Source: Gemmatimonadota bacterium
GTDB taxonomy: Bacteria; Gemmatimonadota; Gemmatimonadetes; Palauibacterales; Palauibacteraceae
Reading direction: 5' to 3'
Assembly (NCBI GenBank): GCA_046758745.1
Contig: JBHIAV010000019.1
Span: forward strand, 1 to 45,919
DNA length: 45,919 nt
This document shows, piece by piece, positions 17,617 to 28,619 of the stretch. The stretch's first letter is position 1; the number at the start of each line of letters is the position of its first letter. The position numbers and the translations under genes were made by a program. The notes beneath the pieces are model-generated. The model was not told the DNA's origin. It was given only the letters and a program-made list of their open reading frames with translations, and searched no databases.

Positions 17617-18243
17617 ATGTCCGGTCTGATCGGGCGCAAGCTGGGCATGACCCAGGTCTTCACCGAGAAGGGGGAGGCCGTGGGAGTGACCGTCCTCGAG
17701 GCGGGTCCCTGTCCGGTCGTCCAGGTGAAGACGAAGGAACGGGACGGCTACGCGGCGATCCAGCTCGGCTTCGGACGGCGTCGGGAGCGGCGCGTCAAGC
17801 GGCCCGAGGCGGGCCATGCCGCTCGCGCGGGGCTTGACTACGTGCCGCGGGTTCTGGCGGAGTTCGAGCCTGTGGAGGGCCGGGAGTATCAGCCCGGCGA
17901 GCAGCTCACCGTGGAGAGCTTCAAGGTCGGAGATCGCGTCAAGATCAGCGGCCGAACCAAGGGGCGCGGGTTCCAGGGCACCGTCAAGCGGCACGGTTTC
18001 GGAGGTGGACGCGGCTCCCACGGAGGCTCCTCCATCATGCGAGCGCCCGGCTCCATCGGTCCCGGTACCGACCCGTCCCGTGTGATAAAGGGCCGGAAGA
18101 TGGCCGGGCAGATGGGCGGAACGACTCGAACCGCTCTGAATCGGCAGATCGTCCGCATCGACACCGAGAAGAACCTCCTGTTGGTTCGCGGCTCGGTGCC
18201 TGGCGCCCGAAACACCATCGTGTTCATCCGGCCGGCACGGTGA
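17617..18243 (+). CDS. rplC: 50S ribosomal protein uL3
   Basis: MSGLIGRKLGMTQVF (ATG 17617), KGRGFQG..KRHGF. Confidence 0.96.
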   Translation: MSGLIGRKLGMTQVFTEKGEAVGVTVLEAGPCPVVQVKTKERDGYAAIQLGFGRRRERRVKRPEAGHAARAGLDYVPRVLAEFEPVEGREYQPGEQLTVESFKVGDRVKISGRTKGRGFQGTVKRHGFGGGRGSHGGSSIMRAPGSIGPGTDPSRVIKGRKMAGQMGGTTRTALNRQIVRIDTEKNLLLVRGSVPGARNTIVFIRPAR

Positions 18244-18301
18244 TCCGCCATCCGGGCCGGACGGAAGCGGTGAGGCTTGCCGGAGCGTTACACCCGAGGC
18301 G

Positions 18302-18952
18302 ATGAAGACCAGAGCGTACACGACGGAAGGCGTGAGGCGGAAAGGGAAGGTCGAGCTTCCCGCATCCGTGTTCGACGGAACTGTGAACGAGGCCGCCCTG
18401 CATCAGGTGGTGACGGCGATCCGGGCGAACCGGCGCCAGGGGACCGCGTCCACCAAGACCCGCCGGACGATCACCGGCGGGAAGAGGAAGCCCTGGCGTC
18501 AGAAGGGGACCGGGCGGGCGCGGGCCGGCTCCGCCCGCTCGCCCCTGTGGCGGGGAGGGGCCGTCGTCTTCGGCCCGCATCCGCGGAGCTACGCCCAGCG
18601 GGTGCCGAAGAAGCTGCGTTCAGTCGCCATCCGCTCCGCCCTCAACGCTCGCGCCCTCGAGGGCGACCTGGTGATCGTGGAGCCGTTCTCGCTCGAGCGG
18701 CCGCATACGAAGGCCATCGTCAAGCTGCTCGAGGGACTCGAGGCCGGTTCCAGAAAGGTCCTGCTGCTCACGGACGGCGCAAAGTACGAGGTGTATCTTT
18801 CCGCGCGGAATCTGTCTACCGTGCTCGTGAAGCCGTGGGGCGAAGCGTCCGCGTACGACGTGCTGTGGTCCGATATCGTGGTGGTGGAGGAGTCGGCTCT
18901 TGGAGGGGCGGCGAAAGCCGACGACAGGACGGAGGGGGAGAGCGAGCAATGA
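18302..18952 (+). CDS. rplD: 50S ribosomal protein uL4
   Basis: KPWRQKGTGRARAGS, GGAVVFGP. Confidence 0.97.
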   Translation: MKTRAYTTEGVRRKGKVELPASVFDGTVNEAALHQVVTAIRANRRQGTASTKTRRTITGGKRKPWRQKGTGRARAGSARSPLWRGGAVVFGPHPRSYAQRVPKKLRSVAIRSALNARALEGDLVIVEPFSLERPHTKAIVKLLEGLEAGSRKVLLLTDGAKYEVYLSARNLSTVLVKPWGEASAYDVLWSDIVVVEESALGGAAKADDRTEGESEQ

Positions 18953-19287
18953 GTCGAGCTCCACAGGAGATCCTGATCCGTCCGGTCTTCACCGAGGAGA
19001 GCTCGCGGCTCCAGTTCGATCCCGGACGCGTTCGGGCTCGCCATCGCGACAAGGAGCGCCCGAAGCACGAGAAGTTCGTGTTTGAGGTTGCGCGCGACGC
19101 CACGAAGGTCGACATACGGCGCGCCATCGAGGAGTTGTACGATGTGCGGGTCAGGAGCGTGCGGACGATGAACTGCCTCGGCAAGGCGCGGAGGGTTCGC
19201 CGGCAGCCGGGACGCCGTCCCCACTGGAAGAAGGCGATCGTGACGCTGGCCGAAGGCGACACGCTCGACATGTTCGGAGGACTCTGA
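18949..19287 (+). CDS. rplW: 50S ribosomal protein uL23 (with basic insertion)
   Basis: ATG 18949 overlapping the rplD stop; [25 protein letters not shown]. Confidence 0.94.
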   Translation: MSRAPQEILIRPVFTEESSRLQFDPGRVRARHRDKERPKHEKFVFEVARDATKVDIRRAIEELYDVRVRSVRTMNCLGKARRVRRQPGRRPHWKKAIVTLAEGDTLDMFGGL

Positions 19288-19288
19288 A

Positions 19289-20128
19289 ATGCCGATCAAG
19301 AAGTTTCGGCCGGTCACGGCGGGTCAGCGGTTCCGCTCGGTCTCGCAGTTCGAGGAGATCACGCGCCTGAGTCCGGAGCGCTCGCTCACCGAAGGGCTGT
19401 CGCGCAAATCGGGCCGCAATCATCACGGCCGGGTGACGAGCAGGCGGCGGGGAGGCGGACACAAGCGGCGGTACCGCCGCATCGACTTTCGGCGCGACAA
19501 GGACGGCGTTCCGGGCAGGGTGGCGGAGATCGAGTACGACCCGAACCGGTCGGCCCGTATCGCGCTGATCCACTACGCGGATGGCGAAAAGAGGTACATC
19601 CTCCATCCCCGTGGCGTGGCGGTAGGGGACAAGGTCATGTCCGGGCCGGGAAGCGACATTCGGGCCGGGAACTCGCTACCGCTCAGAGAGATTCCGCTGG
19701 GCACCTCGGTCCATGCCGTCGAGCTCGTGCCCGGGAAGGGGGCCCAGCTCGCCCGCTCGGCCGGGGCCCAGGTGCAGGTAGTGGCACGGGAGGGGGACAT
19801 GGTCACCCTGAAGCTCCCGAGCTCGGAAGTGCGCATGGTGCGAGCGAGCTGTCGCGCGACGATCGGCCAGGTGGGCAACGTCGACCACGAGCTCGTGAGG
19901 GCCGGCAAGGCGGGTCGCTCCAGGTGGCTGGGTCGCCGACCGAAGGTGCGGGGGGTGGCCATGAATCCGGTCGACCACCCGCTCGGCGGTGGCGAGGGGC
20001 GCTCCTCGGGAGGGCGACCGCCGGTGTCGCCGTGGGGCAAGCCGGAGGGAGGGAAGACGAGGAAGCGCAAGAAGAGGAGCGACCGCTACATCGTCCGTGG
20101 CCGTCGCCGGGGCAAGGCGACGAGATAG
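19289..20128 (+). CDS. rplB: 50S ribosomal protein uL2
   Basis: [29 protein letters not shown]. Confidence 0.99.
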   Translation: MPIKKFRPVTAGQRFRSVSQFEEITRLSPERSLTEGLSRKSGRNHHGRVTSRRRGGGHKRRYRRIDFRRDKDGVPGRVAEIEYDPNRSARIALIHYADGEKRYILHPRGVAVGDKVMSGPGSDIRAGNSLPLREIPLGTSVHAVELVPGKGAQLARSAGAQVQVVAREGDMVTLKLPSSEVRMVRASCRATIGQVGNVDHELVRAGKAGRSRWLGRRPKVRGVAMNPVDHPLGGGEGRSSGGRPPVSPWGKPEGGKTRKRKKRSDRYIVRGRRRGKATR

Positions 20129-20152
20129 GCCGCCACATCGGGGAGAAGGCGA

Positions 20153-20440
20153 ATGGGGCGTAGCGTGAAGAAGGGGCCGTTCATAGATGAGCGGCTCCTG
20201 ATGAAAGTGCAGCGGATGAACAAGTCCGGAGAGAAGCGTGTGATCAAGACGTGGTCCCGCGCCTCCACGATCAGCCCGGACTTCGTCGGACACACGCTCG
20301 CCGTGCACAACGGCAACAAGTTCATCCCCGTCTACATCACCGAGAACATGGTCGGTCACAAGCTCGGCGAGTTCGCTCCCACGCGCTTGTTCCGTGGGCA
20401 CGGCGGGAAGCTGGCCACCGATAAGCGGGCCAAGCTATAG
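20153..20440 (+). CDS. rpsS: 30S ribosomal protein uS19
   Basis: [25 protein letters not shown]. Confidence 0.98.
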   Translation: MGRSVKKGPFIDERLLMKVQRMNKSGEKRVIKTWSRASTISPDFVGHTLAVHNGNKFIPVYITENMVGHKLGEFAPTRLFRGHGGKLATDKRAKL

Positions 20441-20451
20441 GGACCGCCGTC

Positions 20452-20802
20452 ATGGAAGCGAGAGCGGTCGCGAAGAACGTTCGGATGTCGGCGCGGAAGA
20501 TGCGCCTGGTCGTGGACGAGATCCGCGGGAAGGACGTGAACGAGGCCTACTCGATCCTGCAGTTCTCCAGGAAGGCCGCCGCTCGGCCCATCGACAAGGT
20601 GCTTCGCTCCGCCGTGGCGAACGCCGTGTACCGTGCGGATGAGACGGGGGAGGTCCTCGACGTCGATGAGCTGTACGTGAAGGAGGCCTTTGTCGACGAG
20701 GGGCTGACCCTGAGAAGGTATCGAGCGGCCGCTCTGGGCCGCGCCTCACCGATCCGGAAGCGGACGAGTCACGTCACCGTCGTGGTGGAGAAGAAGGAGT
20801 AG
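20452..20802 (+). CDS. rplV: 50S ribosomal protein uL22
   Basis: [29 protein letters not shown]. Confidence 0.97.
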   Translation: MEARAVAKNVRMSARKMRLVVDEIRGKDVNEAYSILQFSRKAAARPIDKVLRSAVANAVYRADETGEVLDVDELYVKEAFVDEGLTLRRYRAAALGRASPIRKRTSHVTVVVEKKE

Positions 20803-20804
20803 TC

Positions 20805-21476
20805 GTGGGCCAGAAAACGCATCCGTACGGCTTCCGGCTCGGGCTGGTGAAGCCGTGGAAATCCCGCTGGTTCGCCAAGGGAAGAGAGTTCTCCGCCCTT
20901 CTGGCCGAGGACGAGAAGCTCCGCAAGTACCTGCACGCGAGGCTGGGGCACGCGGCGATCGCGACGATCGAGATCGAGAGGAAGCCGGCCAAGATCGTGG
21001 TGACCATCCATACCGGTCGTCCCGGCGTGGTCATCGGCAAGCGGGGTGCCGAGGTCGACAAGCTGCGCGATGAGCTGGCCCTGCTCACCGATGCGGAGGT
21101 CTCGATCAACGTCGAGGAGATCAAGCGACCCGAGGTGGACGCGCGGCTGGTGGCCGAGAGCGTGGCGCACCAGCTCATGCAGCGCATCAGCTTCCGGCGC
21201 GCGATGAAGCGTGCCGTCCAGTCCGCCATGCGCGCGGGAGCGGAGGGCATCAAGATTCAGTGCGGAGGTCGGCTCGGCGGCGCCGAGATCGCCCGCACGG
21301 AGGGCTACCACGAAGGCCGGGTTCCCCTCCACACCATGCGCGCCGATATCGACTACGCGGTCCACACGGCGAAGACGACGTATGGGACCATCGGCGTCAA
21401 GGTGTGGATCTTCCGCGGAGAGGTGGTCGAAGACCGTCGCGGCCAGACCTACACGGCCGGTGGCGGGAAGGCGTGA
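20805..21476 (+). CDS. rpsC: 30S ribosomal protein uS3
   Basis: [30 protein letters not shown]. Confidence 0.98.
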   Translation: MGQKTHPYGFRLGLVKPWKSRWFAKGREFSALLAEDEKLRKYLHARLGHAAIATIEIERKPAKIVVTIHTGRPGVVIGKRGAEVDKLRDELALLTDAEVSINVEEIKRPEVDARLVAESVAHQLMQRISFRRAMKRAVQSAMRAGAEGIKIQCGGRLGGAEIARTEGYHEGRVPLHTMRADIDYAVHTAKTTYGTIGVKVWIFRGEVVEDRRGQTYTAGGGKA

Positions 21477-21479
21477 GCG

Positions 21480-21890
21480 ATGCTTCAGCCAAAGCGCGTA
21501 AAGTATCGAAAGCAGCAGAAGGGGAGGGTCCGGGGTCAGGCGACCAGAGGCAACACGATCGCCTTCGGCGAATTCGGGCTGCAGGCCGTCGAGCGCGGCT
21601 GGATCACCAACCGTCAGATCGAGGCCGCCCGCGTGGCGATGACCCGACACATCAGGCGCGGTGGTCGGGTGTGGATCCGGATCTTCCCCGACAAGCCGAT
21701 CACGAAGAAGCCGGCCGAAACCCGGATGGGGAAGGGGAAGGGGAACCCGGAAGCGTGGGTGGCTCCGGTCAAGCCCGGGCGGGTGCTCTTCGAGCTCGAG
21801 GGGATCTCGGAATCGGTCGCCCAGCGGGCCATGCAGCTGGCCGCTGCGAAGCTGCCGGTGAAGACCAGGTTCGTAGTCCGTCAGGAGTAG
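21480..21890 (+). CDS. rplP: 50S ribosomal protein uL16
   Basis: [24 protein letters not shown]. Confidence 0.98.
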   Translation: MLQPKRVKYRKQQKGRVRGQATRGNTIAFGEFGLQAVERGWITNRQIEAARVAMTRHIRRGGRVWIRIFPDKPITKKPAETRMGKGKGNPEAWVAPVKPGRVLFELEGISESVAQRAMQLAAAKLPVKTRFVVRQE

Positions 21891-21893
21891 GTC

Positions 21894-22106
21894 GTGGACC
21901 CGAAGCGGATTCGAGAGTTGACCGAAGACGAGATGGACGAGGAGCTCGAGCGCGCGCGAAAGGAGCTGTTCAACTTGAAGTTCCGCGCTACGTACGAGGA
22001 GCTGGAGAACCCGGCGCTCCTTCGTCATCTGCGCCGGGAGATCGCCCGGCTCAAGACGATCCGCCACGAGCGGAGATGGAAGTTGGTGGGGGAGAGCCAT
22101 GAGTGA
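21894..22106 (+). CDS. rpmC: 50S ribosomal protein uL29
   Basis: [20 protein letters not shown]. Confidence 0.95.
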   Translation: MDPKRIRELTEDEMDEELERARKELFNLKFRATYEELENPALLRHLRREIARLKTIRHERRWKLVGESHE

Positions 22107-22389
22107 CGAGCCGAGGGGCGCGGGGCGGCCGGTCGGCCGGCGCAAGACGCGACGGGGAACCGTCGTCAGTGACCGGATGGACAAGACGGTCGTGGTGGCG
22201 GTGGAGCGACAGATCGCCCATCCCCTGTACGGGAAGCGGGTCACGCGCCGAAAGAAGTATCAGGCGCATGACGAGCGGAATGAGTACAGGGTCGGCGACA
22301 TCGTGGTGATCGAGGAAACGCGGCCGCTCTCCCGAAGGAAGAGATGGCGCGTCGCACAGCTGGTCGAGCGTTCCGAGCGCGAGCACTAG
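22099..22389 (+). CDS. rpsQ: 30S ribosomal protein uS17
   Basis: [26 protein letters not shown]. Confidence 0.97.
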   Translation: MSDEPRGAGRPVGRRKTRRGTVVSDRMDKTVVVAVERQIAHPLYGKRVTRRKKYQAHDERNEYRVGDIVVIEETRPLSRRKRWRVAQLVERSEREH

Positions 22390-22392
22390 GCG

Positions 22393-22761
22393 ATGATCCA
22401 GCAGGAGAGCGAGGTCCGGATCGCGGACAACTCGGGAGCCCGTCGAGCGCTGTGCATTCGCGTGCTGGGAGGCTCGAAGCGTCGCTATGCCGGGCTCGGG
22501 GACGTCGTGGTGGTGGCCATCAAGGATGCGATCCCCGGCGGGACCGTGAAGAAAGGGGAAGTCGCCAAGGCGGTAATCGTGCGTACGGCGAAGGAGAGTC
22601 GACGGGCCGACGGCAGCTACATTCGCTTCGATGAGAACGCGGCCGTGATCATCAACGACGCCGGAGAGCCGAGAGCCACGCGAATCTTCGGGCCGGTGGC
22701 GAGGGAGCTCCGTGAGAGGCATTTCATGAAGATCGTCTCGCTGGCACCGGAGGTGATCTGA
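22393..22761 (+). CDS. rplN: 50S ribosomal protein uL14
   Basis: [25 protein letters not shown]. Confidence 0.98.
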   Translation: MIQQESEVRIADNSGARRALCIRVLGGSKRRYAGLGDVVVVAIKDAIPGGTVKKGEVAKAVIVRTAKESRRADGSYIRFDENAAVIINDAGEPRATRIFGPVARELRERHFMKIVSLAPEVI

Positions 22762-22772
22762 GGATCCGGGCG

Positions 22773-23105
22773 ATGACGCGTAGCAAGATGGTGGTGCGCA
22801 AGGGCGATCGGGTGCAGGTGATCGCCGGGAACTATCGCGGGGCGACCGGCCAGGTCCTTCGGTCCCTCCCGTCCAAAGGGAAGGTCGTCGTCGAGGGCGT
22901 CAACATGCGGAAGCGTCATCAGCGTTCCTCCCCCCGCAACCCGGAGGGCGGCATCGTCTCCTTCGAGGCCCCGATCTCGGCCTCCAACGTGATGCTGATC
23001 TGTCCGCACTGCGACGCTCCGACCCGCATCACCCGCCGGCGTGACGCGGACGGAACGGTGGAGCGGTTGTGCAAGCGCTGCGGGAACCCGATTCCGGTGG
23101 CCTGA
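22773..23105 (+). CDS. rplX: 50S ribosomal protein uL24 (C-terminal CxxC..CxxC)
   Basis: [24 protein letters not shown]. Confidence 0.96.
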   Translation: MTRSKMVVRKGDRVQVIAGNYRGATGQVLRSLPSKGKVVVEGVNMRKRHQRSSPRNPEGGIVSFEAPISASNVMLICPHCDAPTRITRRRDADGTVERLCKRCGNPIPVA

Positions 23106-23143
23106 GAGAACGAGAATCACGCGAACGGATTCGGATCGAGCAA

Positions 23144-23707
23144 ATGGGAAAACCGAGACTCAGGGTGCATTACGAGACCCACGTGCAGCCGAAGCTGGCC
23201 ACCACCTTCGGATTCGAGAACCCGATGGAGATCCCGCGCCTCGACAAGATCGTCATCAACGCGGGGCTCGGTGGGGCGAAGGATGATCCGAAGCTACTCG
23301 ATTCCGCCGTGCACGAGCTCTCCATGATCTCCGGTCAGCGGCCGGTGGTGACGCGTGCGCGCCAGTCCATATCCAACTTCGGCCTGCGCGAGGGCATGCC
23401 GGTCGGCGTGAAGGTCACGCTTCGGGCGTCGCGCATGTACGAGTTCATGGACCGCTTCATCAGTACTGCCGTTCCCCGTATCCGCGACTTTCGCGGCTTC
23501 AACAGCCGGGCGTTCGATGGACGGGGGAACTACACGGTGGGGGTCCGGGAGCAGATGATCTTCCCGGAGATCGATTACGACCTCATCGTCCGCGTTCACG
23601 GAATGGACATCACGTTTGTGACCACGACGGACCGAGACGACGAGGCGCTGGTGCTTCTGCGGGAGATGGGGATGCCCTTCCGCGGCGAGACGCCGGTGGT
23701 CGTGTAA
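23144..23707 (+). CDS. rplE: 50S ribosomal protein uL5
   Basis: ATG 23144; [25 protein letters not shown]. Confidence 0.97.
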   Translation: MGKPRLRVHYETHVQPKLATTFGFENPMEIPRLDKIVINAGLGGAKDDPKLLDSAVHELSMISGQRPVVTRARQSISNFGLREGMPVGVKVTLRASRMYEFMDRFISTAVPRIRDFRGFNSRAFDGRGNYTVGVREQMIFPEIDYDLIVRVHGMDITFVTTTDRDDEALVLLREMGMPFRGETPVVV

Positions 23708-23726
23708 GGAGGATCGCGAAACGATC

Positions 23727-23912
23727 ATGCCGAAAAAATCGCTCATTGCGAAGGCCAAGCGGAGACCGAAGTACAGCTCACGACTGCTTCGTCGCTGCCA
23801 ACGCTGTGGGCGAGCGCGGGCATACATGCGGGCGTTCGGTCTGTGTCGAATCTGCTTTCGGGAGCTCGCCCTTCAGGGGGAGATCCCGGGCATCAAGAAG
23901 GCGAGCTGGTGA
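23727..23912 (+). CDS. rpsN: 30S ribosomal protein uS14, type Z (Zn-binding)
   Basis: 61 aa, [20 protein letters not shown]. Confidence 0.97.
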   Translation: MPKKSLIAKAKRRPKYSSRLLRRCQRCGRARAYMRAFGLCRICFRELALQGEIPGIKKASW

Positions 23913-23915
23913 TCG

Positions 23916-24314
23916 ATGACCTTGAATGACTCCATCGCCGACATGCTGACGCGCATTCGGAACGCCAGCCGCGCCGGACACAAGCGCGTGGATATGCCCG
24001 TCTCTAAGATCAAGATCGAGATCGCGCGCATTCTGGCGGAAAACCACTTTGTGCACGGTTACAAGGTCATCGACGACGGCAGGCATGGATTGCTGCGTGT
24101 GTACCTGAAGTACACGCGGGATGAGAAGCCGGTGATCCGCTCCCTTCGTCGCGTCTCACGGCCGGGCCTGCGACGCTACGTGGGTGCCGACTCGATCCCG
24201 AGGGTCCGATCCGGTCTGGGCCTCGCGATCCTGTCGACCTCCAAGGGAGTGATGTCGGACCGGGAGGCTCGTCGGCACGGCGTGGGTGGGGAGCTCATCG
24301 CGACGGTGTATTGA
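23916..24314 (+). CDS. rpsH: 30S ribosomal protein uS8
   Basis: IADMLTRIRNA, SRPGLRRY, LSTSKGVM. Confidence 0.98.
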   Translation: MTLNDSIADMLTRIRNASRAGHKRVDMPVSKIKIEIARILAENHFVHGYKVIDDGRHGLLRVYLKYTRDEKPVIRSLRRVSRPGLRRYVGADSIPRVRSGLGLAILSTSKGVMSDREARRHGVGGELIATVY

Positions 24315-24401
24315 GGCGCGGCGGGGCGAGCGGCGCGGAAGACGATCGTCCCCGGGGTCGAAGCGGAACTCGGCGAGAGAAGGAGAAACCGAGGAAATTC
24401 C

Positions 24402-24947
24402 ATGTCGAGAGTGGGAAAACAGCCAATCGTGATCCCGAGCGGAATTCGCGTGTCCGTCGAAGGCACGCGGGTGACCGTGGAGGGGCCGCAGGGCGAGATG
24501 AGCGCCGAGTTCGATTCGGACTTGAGGATCGAGCACTCGGATGCCGAGATCCGGGTCGACCGCCCCACGGATAGTGCCCGACACCGTTCGCTGCACGGAC
24601 TCACGCGCAGCCTGATCGCCAACATGGTGCACGGCGTGAGGGAAGGATACGAACGCTCCCTGGAGATCCACGGCGTCGGCTACCGCGTGCAGCAGAAGGG
24701 GAAGGATCTCTCCTTCAACGTCGGCTTCAGCCACGCGGTGCTGTTCAAGGCGCCGCCGGGGATCACGCTGATGGCCGAAACGCCGACGCTCGTCCGGGTG
24801 CGCGGAGTCGACAAGCAGCTCGTGGGCGAGGTGGCGGCCGAGATCCGGCAGATCCGTCCGCCTGAGCCCTACAAGGGAAAGGGAATCCGCTACGTGGGCG
24901 AGCGGGTGCGGCGCAAGGCCGGCAAGTCCACGGTCGGCGGCGTGTAG
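24402..24947 (+). CDS. rplF: 50S ribosomal protein uL6
   Basis: MSRVGKQP, GVGYR, RPPEPYKGKGIRY. Confidence 0.98.
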   Translation: MSRVGKQPIVIPSGIRVSVEGTRVTVEGPQGEMSAEFDSDLRIEHSDAEIRVDRPTDSARHRSLHGLTRSLIANMVHGVREGYERSLEIHGVGYRVQQKGKDLSFNVGFSHAVLFKAPPGITLMAETPTLVRVRGVDKQLVGEVAAEIRQIRPPEPYKGKGIRYVGERVRRKAGKSTVGGV

Positions 24948-24999
24948 CCCGATCGGAACCGTCGCCCCCCCGGCGGCGCGCCGTCCCGAGGAGCGATAC

Positions 25000-25380
25000 A
25001 TGGCAGTGAGCAAGGCGGCGGAGCGCCGGGCGAGTCGCATTCGGCGACACGCCCGGGTGATGAAGAAGATTCGCGGCACGGCCGAGCGGCCGCGCCTCGT
25101 CATACACCGCAGCCTGCGCCATACGGAAGGGCAGCTGGTCGATGACGACCGAGGTGTGACCCTGTTGGGGGTCTCCACGCGGTCGCCCGAGCTCGGTGAT
25201 GAGGACATCGGCGAGCCGGCGGCGAAGGTGGCCGCCAGCTATCGGGCCGGTGCGCTGCTGGCGCGACTGGCCAGGGAGGCGGGGGTGGAGCGAGTGGTGT
25301 TCGACCGCGGCGGGTACCGGTACCACGGGCGGGTGAAGGCGTTCGCGGACGGGGCACGCGCTGGCGGCCTCGAGTTCTGA
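25000..25380 (+). CDS. rplR: 50S ribosomal protein uL18
   Basis: [25 protein letters not shown]. Confidence 0.97.
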   Translation: MAVSKAAERRASRIRRHARVMKKIRGTAERPRLVIHRSLRHTEGQLVDDDRGVTLLGVSTRSPELGDEDIGEPAAKVAASYRAGALLARLAREAGVERVVFDRGGYRYHGRVKAFADGARAGGLEF

Positions 25381-25405
25381 GCCTAGAGATCGGATCAGGG
25401 CGGAC

Positions 25406-25924
25406 ATGGCGAAAGGTAGAAGACGGGACGAGGGAGACAACCTCCGGGAGAACGTGATCCATATCAACCGGGTCTCCAAGGTCGTGAAGGGAGGTCGGCG
25501 CTTCTCTTTCACCGCCCTGGTGGCGGTCGGCGACGGACAGGGCCGGGTTGGGACGGCTCTCGGCAAGGCCAAGGAGGTCGCCGAAGCGATCCGCAAGGGG
25601 CTGGAGCAGGCGCGCCACTCGATGATCGAGGTGCCGATCGTGCGCGGAACGATCCCCCACGAGACGGTCGGCAAGCACGGAGCCGGACGCGTTCTCCTCA
25701 AGCCCGCCGCCCCCGGCACCGGGGTGATCGCCGGCGGTCCCGTCCGCGCCGTTCTGGACTGCGCCGGCGTACAGGATATCCTGACCAAGAGCCTCGGCTC
25801 GAACAATCCCCTGAACGTGGTCCACGCGACCATGAACGGGCTGCAGGATCTCGTCACGCCCGAGCAGGTAGCACGGGAGCGCGGCGTGGACGTGGAGGTC
25901 ATCCGGGAGGCGATGCGTGGCTAA
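25406..25924 (+). CDS. rpsE: 30S ribosomal protein uS5
   Basis: [31 protein letters not shown]. Confidence 0.98.
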   Translation: MAKGRRRDEGDNLRENVIHINRVSKVVKGGRRFSFTALVAVGDGQGRVGTALGKAKEVAEAIRKGLEQARHSMIEVPIVRGTIPHETVGKHGAGRVLLKPAAPGTGVIAGGPVRAVLDCAGVQDILTKSLGSNNPLNVVHATMNGLQDLVTPEQVARERGVDVEVIREAMRG

Positions 25925-26102
25925 GAAGCTGCGGATCGAACAGGTGCGGAGCGGTTGCAACGCGATGAAGTGGCAGCGGCGAACCCTGGAGGCGCTCGGC
26001 CTGCGCCACCATCAGGCCGTCGTCGTCAAGGAAGACAATCCGGCAATCCGCGGGATGATTCGCGCCGTGGCGCACCTCGTGCGGGTCGAGGAGATGGACT
26101 AG
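25917..26102 (+). CDS. rpmD: 50S ribosomal protein uL30
   Basis: RIEQVRS..TLEALGL..IRGMI..VAHLV. Confidence 0.95.
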   Translation: MAKKLRIEQVRSGCNAMKWQRRTLEALGLRHHQAVVVKEDNPAIRGMIRAVAHLVRVEEMD

Positions 26103-26105
26103 AAG

Positions 26106-26561
26106 ATGAGTGAGAAGAAGCTGGGGCTGGAGAACCTGCAACCTCCAGCCGGCAGCCGCTCGGCCCCCAAGCGAGTCGGGCGGGGGCCCGGCTCCGGTGT
26201 GGGGAAGACGTCTGGGCGGGGACACAAAGGTGCCAAGTCGCGAGCCGGATCCTCCATCCCGGCATGGTTCGAGGGCGGCCAGATGCCGCTCCATCGACGG
26301 CTGCCCAAGCGAGGCTTCCTGCCGCCCAACCGGCTCATCTACCAGGTAGTGAATACCCGGAGCCTGGAGGAACTCTCGGAGCAGGAGATAGGGCCGGAGG
26401 AGCTGAAGGCCCACGGCCTGATCGGATCGATCCGGCGGCCCGTCAAGGTGCTCGGCGACGGCGAGCTCACACGGGCCATCACGGTACGGGCGCATGCCTT
26501 CAGCTCCTCGGCGCGCCGGAAGATCGAGCAGGCCGGCGGCGCCACCGAGCTCATCGGCTAA
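26106..26561 (+). CDS. rplO: 50S ribosomal protein uL15
   Basis: RVGRGPGSG.GKTSGRGHKG, FEGGQMPL. Confidence 0.98.
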   Translation: MSEKKLGLENLQPPAGSRSAPKRVGRGPGSGVGKTSGRGHKGAKSRAGSSIPAWFEGGQMPLHRRLPKRGFLPPNRLIYQVVNTRSLEELSEQEIGPEELKAHGLIGSIRRPVKVLGDGELTRAITVRAHAFSSSARRKIEQAGGATELIG

Positions 26562-26562
26562 G

Positions 26563-27924
26563 ATGGCGAGCGACAGCGTCCGAGGTCTGCAGGCGATTCC
26601 GAACCTCTTCAAGGTCCCGGAGCTGAAGGAGAAGATCCTCTTCACGCTCCTGGTTCTCGCCATCTACCGACTCGGCTCGCACATTACCACCGCCGGCGTC
26701 GACGTTCTTGCTCTGGAGCAGCTGGCCGGCCAGTTCCAGGGCACGCTGTTCGGTATCTACGACATGTTCGTGGGCGGCGCCCTGCAGCGAGCCACGGTGT
26801 TGGCGCTCGGCATCATGCCGTACATCTCCGCCAGCATCATTTTCCAGGTCCTCGGCGCCACCTTCCCGACCATCGAGAAGCTTCAGAAGGAGGGCGAGGA
26901 GGGGCGGCGCAAGATCACCCAGTGGACGCGCTACAGCACCGTGGGGCTGTGCATCATGCAGTCGTACGGCTATGCGATCTTCTTGGAGTCGCAACCCGGT
27001 GTGGTGATCGATCCGGGCTGGGGGTTCCGGCTGACCACGGTCCTTCTCCTCACGTGCGGCGGCGTCTTCGTGATGTGGCTCGGCGAGCAGATTACCGAGC
27101 GGGGGATCGGGAACGGCATGTCGCTCCTGATCTTCTTCTCGATTCTGCAGGGCTTTCCGGGGGCCGTCTTCAATACGCTGGAGCTGTACCAGGCAGGAGG
27201 GATCAACCTGTTCAAGCTGGTCTCCCTCGTGGGCGTCCTGATCGCGATCACGGCCGGCGTGGTGGCGCTCACCATGGCCGCGCGGAAGATACCGGTGCAG
27301 ATCCCGCGCAAGGTCGTCGGACGGGGCCGCATCCGGGAAGGACAGAAGTCGTTCATCCCGCTCCGGGTGAACTCGGCCGGCGTCATGCCGATCATCTTCG
27401 CCCAGTCGATCATCATCGTTCCGGGCACGCTCTACGCGTTCACGGGCGGTCAGGGAGCGGCGACCTCGGGAGTTTCCGGATTCCTGTATGACCTGAGCCA
27501 GATCTTTCAGATCGGCTCGATGTGGTACTACCTGACGTACGCCGTCCTCATCGTCGTCTTCACGTACGTGTACACGGCGATCATCTTCAACCCGGTGGAT
27601 CTGGCCGAGAACCTGAAGAAACAGGGCGGCTTCATCCCGGGGGTGAAGCCGGGTTCGCAGACGGCCGAATACATCGACCACGTCCTGACGCGCGTGACGC
27701 TTCCGGGCGCAATCTATCTGGCGGTGATCGCGATCCTGCCATTCTTTATCTTCGCGGCGTTCGACATTCAGACCTTCTTCTTCGGGGGCACCTCGCTGCT
27801 CATCGTCGTGGGCGTGGCGCTCGACACGGTCCAGCAAATGCAGCAGCACCTGATCCTCCGGCAGTACGAGGGCTTCATGAAGAAGGGACGGGTGAGGTAT
27901 CGCGGTCGTCAGAGGTATATGTGA
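26563..27924 (+). CDS. secY: Preprotein translocase subunit SecY
   Basis: ATG 26563; LGIMPYISASII, GIGNGMSL, AGVMPIIFA, GFIPGVKPG, GGTSLLIVVGV. Confidence 0.98.
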   Translation: MASDSVRGLQAIPNLFKVPELKEKILFTLLVLAIYRLGSHITTAGVDVLALEQLAGQFQGTLFGIYDMFVGGALQRATVLALGIMPYISASIIFQVLGATFPTIEKLQKEGEEGRRKITQWTRYSTVGLCIMQSYGYAIFLESQPGVVIDPGWGFRLTTVLLLTCGGVFVMWLGEQITERGIGNGMSLLIFFSILQGFPGAVFNTLELYQAGGINLFKLVSLVGVLIAITAGVVALTMAARKIPVQIPRKVVGRGRIREGQKSFIPLRVNSAGVMPIIFAQSIIIVPGTLYAFTGGQGAATSGVSGFLYDLSQIFQIGSMWYYLTYAVLIVVFTYVYTAIIFNPVDLAENLKKQGGFIPGVKPGSQTAEYIDHVLTRVTLPGAIYLAVIAILPFFIFAAFDIQTFFFGGTSLLIVVGVALDTVQQMQQHLILRQYEGFMKKGRVRYRGRQRYM

Positions 27925-27983
27925 GGCGGCGCTCGGCGCACGGCGGGTCCGAGGCCGGCGCGGCCGACCACGGATAGTTCTTC

Positions 27984-28619
27984 GTGCGGCTCGTCTTTAT
28001 GGGTCCCCCAGGGGCGGGGAAGGGCACGCAGGGGGAGCTGCTCGCCGGGAGGAAGGGCATTCCCCGGTACTCGACCGGCGAGATCCTGCGCGAGGCCGTG
28101 CGGGAGGAGACCCCTCTCGGGCTCGAGGCGAAGCGGTTCATGGACGCCGGCGAGCTCGTTCCGGACGAGGTGATCCTCGGAATCGTCGACGAGGTGCTGG
28201 GGCGGCCGGAGGCGGCGGGCGGCTTCGTGTTCGACGGGTTCCCGAGGACGGTCGTGCAGGCCGAGGGCCTGGAGAGCTCGCTCCGCCGCCGTGGCGAGTC
28301 GCTCGACGCGGTGATCGACCTCGTCGTGCCGGAGGAGGAGCTGGTGCGGCGCCTCACCGGCCGACGGGTGTGCGCCGCCTGCGGAGGAGTGGTCGGCCGG
28401 GCGTCTTCGTCGGAGCGCTGCGCGGAGTGCGGCGGCGACCTCGTGCAGCGGCCCGACGACCGCCCGGACACGGTCCGGCGCAGGCTCCAGGTGTATCGCG
28501 AGGAGACGGAGCCCGTGCTCCGCTGGTACCGACGATCGATGGTGCCGGTGGTGGAGGTCGACGGCCTCGGAACGGCGGAGGAGGTGCACGCCGCCCTCGT
28601 GCAGCGGCTGGACCGGTGA
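27984..28619 (+). CDS. adk: Adenylate kinase with Zn-type LID
   Basis: GPPGAGKGTQ, DGFPRT, CAAC..CAEC, QRPDD. Confidence 0.97.
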   Translation: MRLVFMGPPGAGKGTQGELLAGRKGIPRYSTGEILREAVREETPLGLEAKRFMDAGELVPDEVILGIVDEVLGRPEAAGGFVFDGFPRTVVQAEGLESSLRRRGESLDAVIDLVVPEEELVRRLTGRRVCAACGGVVGRASSSERCAECGGDLVQRPDDRPDTVRRRLQVYREETEPVLRWYRRSMVPVVEVDGLGTAEEVHAALVQRLDR

